Shown here piece by piece: positions 21,101 through 30,946 of a DNA stretch of 53,023 nucleotides. The DNA lies in IMG/VR virus record IMGVR_UViG_3300025674_000057, positions 1 to 53,023 of that record; one strand, written 5' to 3'. The stretch is from a virus (taxonomy: Duplodnaviria; Caudoviricetes). The position numbers and the translations under genes are program-made. How positions within the stretch are numbered: the first letter of the stretch is position 1; each line of letters opens with the position of its first letter. The notes below the pieces were generated by a model, which saw only the letters and a program-made list of their open reading frames with translations, was not told the origin of the DNA and did no database searches.

Positions 21101-24100
21101 GGAACTGTTCCCAAACCAGTTACAGGTCCAGTATTTGTTGTACCGAATCCAACATTAACTACTCTTAGATACTCATCATCAACTTTGATCAAGTCTCTAG
21201 GCGCAACAGAAGCAATTCCAGACAATCCAAGGAATGTTACTGCAGCACCAATTGCTCCACCATTATAGTCTAAAGTATGATTAATAGGAGTCCAGATAAT
21301 TGGATACTGATTAACACCATTTACCGTAATTAAACTCTTTTCGAGTTTTTTCTTCATCTCAAGTTTATGGTAATTACCAGAACCAGATGAAGTGAATGTA
21401 AATCCAATTCCATTACCACCACTCACACCAGTGAGTTTAAATGAATCATTATCAACCCTAATTGCATAAACAGTAGTTGGTGCAATATCAGTTGAAATGC
21501 CTGTTATAAAGTTTGCACGTATTGTAGTTCCAGTTGAAACTTGAGAAACTTCTACTGAGGTTTTAACCTGTTCGGAGTAGAAAGTAGTTCCAGTTCCTTC
21601 ATCTACAACTTCTGTTGATGTGATGGAATTGATTCCAATAGAAACAATTGTTCCAATTCCACTATTATTTCCGGAGAAAATACCAGAACCAACAGTAAGT
21701 ATTGATGTATTTGCAATGCCTGTAATAACAGAAGATCCGCCAGATACCACATTACCAACAAAATATGTAAATGTTGATCCTATTGAAATAACTGTCGTTC
21801 CTGCAGAAACTGAAGGTCCGATAATAGTGTCTCCAATGTTAATACCAGTTGTAGATGCAACGCCAGTTATTGTTGAAAATCCTGTAATAAAATCACCTTT
21901 AAAGTTTCTTCCTCCAACTAAAGTAGATCCAATACCAACAGCACTAGCAGTAACTCCAGAAAGAGTTGAATATGGAGTGTAGATTAATTCTTCTCCAGTT
22001 TGGAAGAAGTGGTTTGGTATCGAGAATACACCAGTAGATTGATTTAGAACGCTAGCATTATTTGGATTAAATGTCTTTTCAAAAATTGGTGTTCCTCCGT
22101 AATTTAGATCAAACTCTAATCTATCCTTACCAAAATTATTCAATGCTCCATAGAAAGCTGTAGTTAGTTCCTCAATTCCAACTCCATATGTAAAATCATC
22201 TGGAGTATTAAATTCATCAGACTCAAAGTATATAAATTGATCAAACTTTTGAAGCAATACAGTATCTGAAGAGAAATCGGAATCTGGATAGAATTTAACT
22301 TTTACTTGAGATCCATCAACGTCTGCACCAAAAGTTCCTATTCCACTTGTAGATGCAGACCCAACGGATAGGAATGGATATTGTTGAATATTAACTCTTC
22401 CATTATCAGAAACTACCAAGAATTGATGTAGAGCAACAGTTGTTCCCACACCGACTCTTACTAGTGATTTTAATGTACCTTCAACACCCAAATCGTAAGT
22501 ATTAATCGTAGTGATACCAGTTGAAGACTGGAAAGTTGATTCCAATCTAGCACTCTTCTCAGTACCAGCATCTTGATCTGTAACTAAGTATCTGTAAGTT
22601 CCAATACCAGATGCTGTTGAACCAAAACCAACAGTTTTTGCCTTTACAGTAACTTCATTATTTGTGTTATTTGTAAAGTTTAGTTTGAAAACTCCACCAT
22701 CGACAGAAACTCCAAATGTACCAATAAATCCAAATGATGAACCACTGATATTACTATCAGTATCAAAGTAGTATTCACTAATATATCCATCGTTTCCATC
22801 ATGATACGCTAGAATTTCGAAATAATTCATATCCAAAGTATCTTCATTTCTGATAAAGACATTAGAATATATCGTATCAATAGAAGATAATTGAGACTTG
22901 AATATATCTGTAGTAACACCAACTGTTGGGAAATCTTCCGTTCTAGCAGTTAGTCTTAAGAATCCAATATCAGTAAATCCTACTCCAACATTTGTTTCAC
23001 TTAAAGAGAAATAATCTCTATAAATTTTCAAATTATAACTGAAGACTAATGGATCTGTAGGATCAAATCTCATAGCAGAGTTTCCATTATCTGCAAAAGT
23101 TCCAGATAAAGTGCCTAAAGATTCTTCACCAGTGTAGAGATTTGCCTTATTTAAAGTATAGGTATTATTATAGTTGTTTAGAATTACAACTTCACTAGCT
23201 TGAATGTTAGTTTTATCTTCATCGACGATTTGAACCAAGAACTTGGAGAATTGATCCGTAACTGAATATTCAAATGCATCTATAAAGGTATCTCTATTAA
23301 ATTCTGCACTTGAGAATTTATTACTAATATCATCAATTTGAAGAACTCTATTGGATATACATTGAATAAAGTCTGCAAGTTTCTTATTTCTAAGGATGAT
23401 AGCATCAGAAGAATTTGTTGTTGGTAGGTAATCGATCGCTAAATCAAAGTTATTGAATGTATCAACTCTTTCTTCATTAACAAAATCTAAAATTTGACTT
23501 AAAAATTGATCAGATCCAATTCCAACAGAAGCTGAAGATGTTATACCAACATCAGCAAAGTTTTTAAATCCTGATGGGTGAACCAAACGATTTACAGAAT
23601 CTTTTGATTTATCAAAACTTACTATCTTATTATCTTTATATCTTTCACCAGTCGTCTTAATCGAATAAGATAAATTCTGATAATAATCATTATCTGGTAA
23701 AACCTGATAACTATTGTTTAATTTACCAGTATCATTCTTCCATCCATATTTTCTTTCCTTAGAATAATTTACAGTATAACTACTATCTAATATAATATCT
23801 TCTTCAACTCTAGCAAGATTTCCAGAAATGAAACCACTAATGGAATCATTATAAGATAACTTATACTCTCCAGAAACAGTTATATAATTTTTATTTGCAG
23901 TTTGTACAAATAAATCAGTGTCTGAACCATTGGCTAAGATTTTTTCACCCAGATAGAATATACTTGGAACTCTTGTAATACTAAATGTTGGATAATTCTT
24001 CTGATTTACAATACTTGTAAATGTTGTTGGTGGAGATACTGCTGTTCCAGCATTATCTGTATATTCTCCAATATCATATTTAAGTACTGCAGGGTTTGAA

Positions 24101-27100
24101 TTAGTGTATTCAACTACTCTAAAGAATCTATACCCATTATCAGGAGAATTAAATCCTGTTCCTGGAGAAGATACCACTCCAAGAGCATCTGTTGTAGACT
24201 GCTTTTGAATCCCTTCAACAAAAACATAATCACCCTCTGCAAATGGTGGAACAACAAATCCATTAATCGCTGGTGTGGTCAATTCACACTCAACTATTCC
24301 ATTTGTATAACTTAAAATTCTCTCTACACTAACACCATTACTATTGTTTTCAGTGAATATTGTATGTTTGACTGATTCTAGTCCTTTTGGTTCTTCAACA
24401 ATATCAACATCAAGAAGAGCAGATCCTCTTAGATTTGCTTCTAACAGACCACTAGAAACTTTAGATCTAGTATTATCATTAACTAAAGAAAGAGTTGGCT
24501 CTGAAAGGTAATTTTTTCCACCATAAACAACACTTACTTGAGTAATCTTATCAGACTTTTGTAATCTAATTAATCTTGGAATGTCTGCTTGTGGTTTTAG
24601 AGTTTTGTCTGATGAGAATTCAAATCCTTCATCAGCAATTCGTAAATCTTCAATTCTACCAATATTTGTAGAATTTGTCTTTATAACTGCGTTTGTACCA
24701 GAACTTAATGTGCTTATACCAGAAACTATTGGTAATCTATTATATCCAATACCTCCAGAAATTAAGTCTAATTTTTCTATTCCGCCAGTAGCCGTTTTGG
24801 AAGTAGTGTTATATTTAATAACCTCACAATCTGCAGACTTATATGAATATTTTTCTGGAATATCTTTTAAAGAAATATTGAATGTTGTAGATCCAACCCC
24901 AAAAATCTTATGTTCACCAGTATAAACACTATCACGGTAAATTAAGTTTGATTTATTGTGAACATCAGCATCAACAGAAACTAAAGATCCAGATTTTTCT
25001 AGATTATAATATAGATTGGTTGGAATGCTAGTATTGAATCCAATTGTTACTGATGCCGTAGATGATACACCAATAGTTCCGACACCAGAAACTGCAAAAA
25101 CGGAAGTATTTCCTATTGATACAAATTCATTCTTAAATTCCGAATCAAAGAAGAACTTAAGATCATATCCAGAAAGTGAAGTATCGGATAAGTCAAATAC
25201 TACATCATTATTCTTAGTTACTGTTAACTGTGGATTGATTAAACTTAGTTCTTGATCTGCTCCTCCAGTAGATGCGATACTAACGACTCTTGGTGGAGAC
25301 GCTATAGAATCCGAATATGTATCGCATAGATAAATGTAATCATCATTTATTCTGTATACAAAATATCCACCAGTACTAAGACCAGATGATACTAAATCAT
25401 TAGCATCATAGAATACCTTTTCGCCTGTGGTAAATCCATGTAGAGGTATATTAATTTTATTATTTGTTGTGTTTATTCCAGTAGAATTGAATCCTACAGT
25501 GTTAACTAAAAGTCTATCGAAAGAAGAATTATATTTTACAGATACACTAGATGCCGTAGTTCCAATACCTGTAGATAATCCAGGTTTTACTATCAACTGA
25601 ATAGTATCACCATAACTTAGACCATGTGCCGTTGAAACGGATACTTGACTTGTTATTTTTTTAACATCTGCAGTAATTTGTGTATGCTGTGGTTCAAGAT
25701 AATAGTAATCGCTATTAGATCCTGTTCCACTGTAGAATAGTCCACTAGTTGTAGTTGTTAAACCAACATCAGTTACAATACCGATTGTATCTGGAGTCTT
25801 GTTTATGATATAAACATATTGACTATCTCCAGACTCTGGTAAATTGAAGAATGAAGAACCTGGAGTGTTTCTAACAATTAGAGCACCTGAACCGCTTGGT
25901 TTTACAAATAAAACTCTTTGGTTTGTTACAAATGGGTGATTTGGAATATAGATGCTTTGAGTTTCTACAGAAACAGTCTCCGCATTAACACCAAGTTGAT
26001 ATTGAACACTATTAAATGTTCCAGTATCAAGACCAGAACTTACAGATACACTTGGGTTGAAGTAAACCTTATCGTTACTTCTAGAATTGAAATATGAATT
26101 GTCTAGATCAATAGTAAACTTATTATTATAAAAATCTACTTGTGTGCTTGCTGTGTGACCAGCAGAAACACCTCTAGAGACTCTCAGTATACTTTCATCA
26201 TCAAATACATTTAATACAGATAAAGTCTCTGTTCCAATCCCTAATGTAGATCCAATACTGATATTGCTTGGGAATGGTGAAATGTAAATATCAGTTACAA
26301 CACCAGCAGTAGCGTTTGATGATACATCAAAAATCAAAGATGAAAATACTGAAGTAACACCTACTTTGTGAGATCCAGATAGTTTCCCAATAGATGTAGT
26401 GGAAACTCCTGTGATTTCTACTACATCACCATCTAAAAGATCGTGATATGGATCTACTTTTATCTCAATTTGATTTGGATTTTTTCTAAGAACTAAAGAA
26501 TTATTGTATACTTCTGCAGTTGTAGAAATTTCTACAACACCTTTACCTTTGATCGAACCAACTACTGCAGATACTCCACTACCACCAGTATTTCCATTAT
26601 CAAAAGTTAGTGCTTCTCCTACAGCATAATCACTTCCACCAGAGAGAACGGATAAAGATTCTACAGATCCTTCAGAAACTATCTCAACAACTGATGTTTG
26701 CTTTCCTAATTTATTTGGTTCAATAATAAAATCGTTATTTGAGTATTGTTGACTTACTCTATATGGGAAAGTGTTTCTGACCAAGTTGGAACTATTAAAG
26801 TCCAAATCCTGAGATTGATTTAAATTTGTATCGAATTTGGATCTATAGTTATTTCCAATGAAGTATGGGAATTTTGGTTCTAACTTATTTGTTTGAATAT
26901 TTGTCGATACACCAACATAGTATGCATAAACACCATTTGGAAACTCTGGAGTTTTTGAGAATCTTCCATTATAAGAATCCAAATCGCCATTATCTGTGTA
27001 GACATAATCTTCTACAAAGAATCCAAGGTTAAATCCACTTGGTCTATTATATACATTAGATAGATTTGTGGTATATCCAGTATCTAAAACTTTTAATGCT

Positions 27101-30100
27101 GAGTTTCTATCCTTTGGATCTGAATATCCATATGGACCATAAACTGGGTTTCCATCATATGCCCATCCAATTATCTTAGAGTGTTCATACTGACTTTCTC
27201 CATCTTCATAGAAAGAAGAACCCTCTCTATCCGTAGAATATCCGACAACGCCATAAGATAAATCATCACCATTCTCAAGTAAAATTTCATCAGAAAATCT
27301 AACTTTGTTGTTTATGGTTAGAGATCTTACATCTGATAGTAAAGATCCATTTTTTCCTAATGGTTTTACAGCAATAGAAGTATTTCTAGGATTATAATTT
27401 GTTCCAGAATTAATTACAATAACTCTAGTAATTCTTCCACCAGAAACTTCTGCTCTTAATTTTGCACCAACTCCATCACCATTTACAACAAGATCTGGTG
27501 AAGAAGAGTAATATAGTCCACTATTTTGAACTTCAACGTTGACTATTTTTCCATCAGACACAATTGGTTTTAATTGTGCAGATTGTCCACTTCTTACAGT
27601 TAATGTTGGTCTTCTGTGGAAATTGAGAATCTTTGATCCATAATCTGTACCAGGTTCATAGAGATATGCATCAACAATTTCTCCTTTAAAAACTGGTGTT
27701 GCTGTAATAGTACCAATTGTTCCAGCATATTCAACTTCTAAGTTGAGTGTTATTGGTGGATACTCGAAAATATGTTGACCAGATCCAATGGAAGAGAATT
27801 TGACGTATTCTCCTCTATTGAATTCGTCTTTAGATGGTGTAGATGTGCTAAGACCAGCATTTGCTAATCTAAATCTAGAATCATCTAATTTAAGTACATA
27901 ATACTGATTCGAAGTTGTAAGACCTGAAATACTTTCTGTATAAGTATATCCAAATCCAACAGCAGTTCTATAATTGATCAAATCTCCATTCTTAAATCCA
28001 TGATTATCAAAAGTTATCGAATTGAATACTGTCGATATACCAGTTGGTTTAATTTTTAAAGACCTATTTTCATATCCAGATCCACCACTAACAACTTGTA
28101 TAGAACTTAGAATATTCTTACTATCTAAAAGTCTAAATTTGTGAATACCTCCAGCGTTAGCTGTAGTAAATCCAATAGTATTAATACCAGAATTTAAATC
28201 TGATATTGTGTTATAAAGTTTAATGGTGCTTGTATTAACAATTTCTGGGTAGTATACTGAACCATTGGACAAATATCTACCCTGATCTGTGTTTGAAGCA
28301 CCAAATGTTCCAATACCTAGTGGTTCATTTCCATTTCTATTATAGACAATAGGTGTCCCATCCTGAAGGTTATGGAACGATAAAAATGCTATAACATCAT
28401 CTGATATATTCACTCCACCGCCAAAAGTAGTAGTTTGGGCGTTGAAACTGATTTCTTTGAATCTTTCCTCAACATATGGTTCTAAAATTGCTCCTGACCC
28501 ATTACCACCAGAGATTGATGCAGAAACAACTCTGTTAACATCTACTTCATTTGGATCTACAATGACTTCTTTTAAGTTACCACGAACAACTAAATCAACT
28601 AAAGCAGTTGTACCAAGACCCACTGTAGGATTTGATACTACTACTGTTGGTGGACTTAAAACATCATAATCTGAACCAGAATTTATAATGTTGACGTTGG
28701 ATAGTGGACCATAATAAATTTTATCATTTGATTTATAATTTATAATTTCAACACCATTGATCAACATTCCAGTTGGTCCTGGTTTTGTTTCTTCTCCAGT
28801 TCCAGATTGAATATTTTGAACTAATGAAATTTTTCTTAATAATTTTTTGGGAGCAAGTTTCTTATCGCCAGTTTGTTCTTCTAGTGTAAAAACATGATCA
28901 GATACAGTAGAAGAGGATTGGAATTTCACATAATTATTACTTCCAATAAAAGATCTAGCGTTATATAATCTTATCTTATTTTTTATATCACCAGGATTTG
29001 TGGGGTCTAGAACTTCAACGTAGTAAGTTTGACCAAATGTTAATCCACTAATTTCTGATGAAGAACCACTGTAAACAACTGCATCTCCAGTAATGAATGG
29101 AACTGCGGTTGAAAAAGAAAGTATAGTGTACTTGGTTATACCATTTGTATCAATCTCAGTACCAGAGAAAATATTATTTAAATTTGACGATGCAGTAATA
29201 GAAAGAGTTTTTGAAACAATGTCTTTCGTTACACTATAATCTGGTAGAGAATTAGATGCTACATGAATATATTTTGAATTTTCTTCATAGGTATTCTGAA
29301 CGTTTGCTGTAATTTTTGGATATTTTAATGAAACATTAACAGAAGAAGCATTTTCTATGTTTCTTCTTATACTAATTTTTCTATTTGAATTTATTCCAGT
29401 AATACTTTTGTTTAATAAAACGACTCTAGGGAGTGCTAGATCAGGTCTATTTGTAATAGAAGTTACTATAGCATCCTCTATAATAATATTTTCGGAATTT
29501 CTGTCTAAAACATTAACAGAATCACCGACCTTCAAACTTGACTTGTCTGGCGTTTCATGTAAAATAACTTGATTTCCTGTAAATGATTCTACTTCATATC
29601 TTGAAGATGTATTATAAATCCATGAGTTGAAGAGTAACTCCTTGTATGTTTTACCATTAGATGGATTTTCTATCTTTTTACCAATATTTTTTACAGAAAT
29701 AACATCACCAACTGATCTGAAATAGATATCATTCTGATTTTCTAACTCCGATAAGACACCTGTGATTCTCAACTCCACTTTTTTAGTGGTATCACCATTC
29801 TCATATCCATAAATGATCTTATCAGATCTTAAATCTGATCCAGGATCGATGGTGGATGTAATTCCACTGCAACCGAAGAACTGATTAACGCTCTTATCAG
29901 TATAAGTTATGGTGTCTGATCCTACAGTTATTGTTCCAGAAGAATCAAATCCTACTGTAGAATCAACCGTGATTACAGTGTCTGTCGATAAAACTTTCTC
30001 TACTACTTTAGTTTTCGGAGTAATTTCAAAAGTACCTTCAATCAAACTCTTTTCATCATATCCAGCAAATAGTTGAATCTTATAAAGAGTCTTATTATTT

Positions 30101-30945
30101 CTTGTTATAATCTCTACTTCAGAAACAGGTGCTGATGCAGTATTATCATTATTATTGATAACCTGACCAACAAGGTTATTTGGATTACTTCCAGAGATTA
30201 ATTCAGCTACAAGAACTTCTCTTCTAATAAACTCTGCATCAGATGATCTAACTAAGAATTCTTTCAGATTTAAAATAGTTGGATCTAATCCATAGAGAAC
30301 ATTATAAAGAATTCTAAATGATTCTGATGTTCCCTTTGTTTGATAGAAAGTTCTAATTTCTTTAAGGAAATTATTTAAATCTAAATTTTCTACGAAATCA
30401 AGATCTTCAAATCCAGGAGCTAATGATTGTTTTAACTTTCTATAGAACTCCTTTAAAAATAATGCGCTTAGGTTTTGTGCTACGCTTCCTACAGAGTGCG
30501 TACCTGCATTGGTTGATGAAAATTCTAGTTCTTCTGGATTTAATGCGCTGCGATAAGAAGTAATACCACTAAATCCTCTTACACATCCAGTAAATGAATT
30601 TGTTGTAATACCAGTATAAGTGATAATCTCATCATCAATCTTCACCAAACCATACTGAGGTGGGAATCCCTTTGTATTATCTACGTAAATCTCAGTATCG
30701 CTTGTTCCTATCTGTGTAGACACAGTAGAAACACCAGATATTACATCAGGATTTAAGTTGTTTAATTTTTTATATTGATCTAGATTCTCTGCAATATCAA
30801 TAGGACCACCCTGGAATTCTTGAGAAATATAATATTGCTTTAGGAATTCCACCGCTTTGGGTGTTTCTGATATAACAAACTCTGGTAACTGATTTTCAAT
30901 TATTTGCTGAATCTTAACTCTAGAATCAAAACCAGTCGTGACCAT
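18178..30945 (-). CDS. gp7: Baseplate wedge initiator (T4 gp7-like), 4255 aa
   Basis: QLPEFV...FLKQYY.SQE, FYQTKGT..SF..L, DNDYYQN.SY.IK, LVHPSGFK; lies between gp6 and gp8; contains a YHYH-like segment (IIGWAYDGNPVYGPYG, TPEFPNGVYAYY). Confidence 0.9.
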   Translation of the reverse strand: MVTTGFDSRVKIQQIIENQLPEFVISETPKAVEFLKQYYISQEFQGGPIDIAENLDQYKKLNNLNPDVISGVSTVSTQIGTSDTEIYVDNTKGFPPQYGLVKIDDEIITYTGITTNSFTGCVRGFSGITSYRSALNPEELEFSSTNAGTHSVGSVAQNLSALFLKEFYRKLKQSLAPGFEDLDFVENLDLNNFLKEIRTFYQTKGTSESFRILYNVLYGLDPTILNLKEFLVRSSDAEFIRREVLVAELISGSNPNNLVGQVINNNDNTASAPVSEVEIITRNNKTLYKIQLFAGYDEKSLIEGTFEITPKTKVVEKVLSTDTVITVDSTVGFDSSGTITVGSDTITYTDKSVNQFFGCSGITSTIDPGSDLRSDKIIYGYENGDTTKKVELRITGVLSELENQNDIYFRSVGDVISVKNIGKKIENPSNGKTYKELLFNSWIYNTSSRYEVESFTGNQVILHETPDKSSLKVGDSVNVLDRNSENIIIEDAIVTSITNRPDLALPRVVLLNKSITGINSNRKISIRRNIENASSVNVSLKYPKITANVQNTYEENSKYIHVASNSLPDYSVTKDIVSKTLSITASSNLNNIFSGTEIDTNGITKYTILSFSTAVPFITGDAVVYSGSSSEISGLTFGQTYYVEVLDPTNPGDIKNKIRLYNARSFIGSNNYVKFQSSSTVSDHVFTLEEQTGDKKLAPKKLLRKISLVQNIQSGTGEETKPGPTGMLINGVEIINYKSNDKIYYGPLSNVNIINSGSDYDVLSPPTVVVSNPTVGLGTTALVDLVVRGNLKEVIVDPNEVDVNRVVSASISGGNGSGAILEPYVEERFKEISFNAQTTTFGGGVNISDDVIAFLSFHNLQDGTPIVYNRNGNEPLGIGTFGASNTDQGRYLSNGSVYYPEIVNTSTIKLYNTISDLNSGINTIGFTTANAGGIHKFRLLDSKNILSSIQVVSGGSGYENRSLKIKPTGISTVFNSITFDNHGFKNGDLINYRTAVGFGYTYTESISGLTTSNQYYVLKLDDSRFRLANAGLSTSTPSKDEFNRGEYVKFSSIGSGQHIFEYPPITLNLEVEYAGTIGTITATPVFKGEIVDAYLYEPGTDYGSKILNFHRRPTLTVRSGQSAQLKPIVSDGKIVNVEVQNSGLYYSSSPDLVVNGDGVGAKLRAEVSGGRITRVIVINSGTNYNPRNTSIAVKPLGKNGSLLSDVRSLTINNKVRFSDEILLENGDDLSYGVVGYSTDREGSSFYEDGESQYEHSKIIGWAYDGNPVYGPYGYSDPKDRNSALKVLDTGYTTNLSNVYNRPSGFNLGFFVEDYVYTDNGDLDSYNGRFSKTPEFPNGVYAYYVGVSTNIQTNKLEPKFPYFIGNNYRSKFDTNLNQSQDLDFNSSNLVRNTFPYRVSQQYSNNDFIIEPNKLGKQTSVVEIVSEGSVESLSVLSGGSDYAVGEALTFDNGNTGGSGVSAVVGSIKGKGVVEISTTAEVYNNSLVLRKNPNQIEIKVDPYHDLLDGDVVEITGVSTTSIGKLSGSHKVGVTSVFSSLIFDVSSNATAGVVTDIYISPFPSNISIGSTLGIGTETLSVLNVFDDESILRVSRGVSAGHTASTQVDFYNNKFTIDLDNSYFNSRSNDKVYFNPSVSVSSGLDTGTFNSVQYQLGVNAETVSVETQSIYIPNHPFVTNQRVLFVKPSGSGALIVRNTPGSSFFNLPESGDSQYVYIINKTPDTIGIVTDVGLTTTTSGLFYSGTGSNSDYYYLEPQHTQITADVKKITSQVSVSTAHGLSYGDTIQLIVKPGLSTGIGTTASSVSVKYNSSFDRLLVNTVGFNSTGINTTNNKINIPLHGFTTGEKVFYDANDLVSSGLSTGGYFVYRINDDYIYLCDTYSDSIASPPRVVSIASTGGADQELSLINPQLTVTKNNDVVFDLSDTSLSGYDLKFFFDSEFKNEFVSIGNTSVFAVSGVGTIGVSSTASVTIGFNTSIPTNLYYNLEKSGSLVSVDADVHNKSNLIYRDSVYTGEHKIFGVGSTTFNISLKDIPEKYSYKSADCEVIKYNTTSKTATGGIEKLDLISGGIGYNRLPIVSGISTLSSGTNAVIKTNSTNIGRIEDLRIADEGFEFSSDKTLKPQADIPRLIRLQKSDKITQVSVVYGGKNYLSEPTLSLVNDNTRSKVSSGLLEANLRGSALLDVDIVEEPKGLESVKHTIFTENNSNGVSVERILSYTNGIVECELTTPAINGFVVPPFAEGDYVFVEGIQKQSTTDALGVVSSPGTGFNSPDNGYRFFRVVEYTNSNPAVLKYDIGEYTDNAGTAVSPPTTFTSIVNQKNYPTFSITRVPSIFYLGEKILANGSDTDLFVQTANKNYITVSGEYKLSYNDSISGFISGNLARVEEDIILDSSYTVNYSKERKYGWKNDTGKLNNSYQVLPDNDYYQNLSYSIKTTGERYKDNKIVSFDKSKDSVNRLVHPSGFKNFADVGITSSASVGIGSDQFLSQILDFVNEERVDTFNNFDLAIDYLPTTNSSDAIILRNKKLADFIQCISNRVLQIDDISNKFSSAEFNRDTFIDAFEYSVTDQFSKFLVQIVDEDKTNIQASEVVILNNYNNTYTLNKANLYTGEESLGTLSGTFADNGNSAMRFDPTDPLVFSYNLKIYRDYFSLSETNVGVGFTDIGFLRLTARTEDFPTVGVTTDIFKSQLSSIDTIYSNVFIRNEDTLDMNYFEILAYHDGNDGYISEYYFDTDSNISGSSFGFIGTFGVSVDGGVFKLNFTNNTNNEVTVKAKTVGFGSTASGIGTYRYLVTDQDAGTEKSARLESTFQSSTGITTINTYDLGVEGTLKSLVRVGVGTTVALHQFLVVSDNGRVNIQQYPFLSVGSASTSGIGTFGADVDGSQVKVKFYPDSDFSSDTVLLQKFDQFIYFESDEFNTPDDFTYGVGIEELTTAFYGALNNFGKDRLEFDLNYGGTPIFEKTFNPNNASVLNQSTGVFSIPNHFFQTGEELIYTPYSTLSGVTASAVGIGSTLVGGRNFKGDFITGFSTITGVASTTGINIGDTIIGPSVSAGTTVISIGSTFTYFVGNVVSGGSSVITGIANTSILTVGSGIFSGNNSGIGTIVSIGINSITSTEVVDEGTGTTFYSEQVKTSVEVSQVSTGTTIRANFITGISTDIAPTTVYAIRVDNDSFKLTGVSGGNGIGFTFTSSGSGNYHKLEMKKKLEKSLITVNGVNQYPIIWTPINHTLDYNGGAIGAAVTFLGLSGIASVAPRDLIKVDDEYLRVVNVGFGTTNTGPVTGLGTVPIVEVNRGFVGSSATTHTDGTEARIYRGAYNIVGNKIHFTEAPDGKGNNDRLDQGGLPLPKSTFNGRVFLRRDYEFNKLYDDISDQFTGIGRTFNLTIEGESTSGVEPGSGLVFINDVFQTPDTENNAGNNYELESDSNAGLTTVTFTSVTRPNTDDVIVVDYDVNQNQVPRGGIIISLGSTGGLGYAPLVGAKVIARTGAGGSITEIVGIATTGSSYSISTSSYNNTTGIIEITTSTDHGLTGSGNRVFLEGLEFSCPGGSGITSTIFPYPGSSPYGFVFPVTGIVSATTFKAQVGTSTITHTYVGQGTAYHYYGDLTFGSGYYGGTIGVGISDSTGSGATITAAVGAGGSLSFTIKGGGSGYTNPSIRIDDPSYENLTISGVSRLSVGNTTDAGIGLSMTVNVGQSSVVGVGTSLFEVKTTTITKPGYAFRRGDKFRLVGLVTDARLSEPTEELIFTVEDVFTDSFASWQLGELDYIDSIKSLQNGSRTRFPLFRNNELLSFEKDRTNPESDLIDFNAVLLIFLNGVMQEPNVSYVFEGGTTFRFKEAPKAEDNIAIFFYRGTRNVDSFTVNVNETVKPGDTLELVKNNFIPSTVSQTGRTVSLIQSADVVETGIYLGDGIDEDNFRPIHWSKQKRDLIVKEDYQFKSRDSLEPFVIPATRVIKDVSLTDEEIFVDSAQLFKYEENDPNTSTVIQQFEGFLVESDTNPVSAGFSASVSGFSTISSIGILTGGSGYTAGSTITLKIGGPIGVGSTATATATVSAAGTVSSVSITNPGSGYTYTNPPAVIAASIPSFNRELIPEIRFVEGFSGIITGITTSAGSGSNPLALNLQVLYDSNSDIDSLLQGYYIYVSDTNIGSGVTSINTSDSDVVGIGTTFADNVYVINQISRDNLVGVLTCNILSTTNITGLETSADFVGRFSWGRLFGIERSTSPISVGVSGYTVNSGLTTFPQILRRGYGLRNTGGLSKELG

Positions 30946-30946
30946 A

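Noticed and set aside
6122-30945. Diversity-generating retroelement or introns/inteins in the fibre and baseplate genes
   Set aside because: No reverse transcriptase, no TR/VR pair noticed, frames are uninterrupted and no intein or homing endonuclease motifs were seen.
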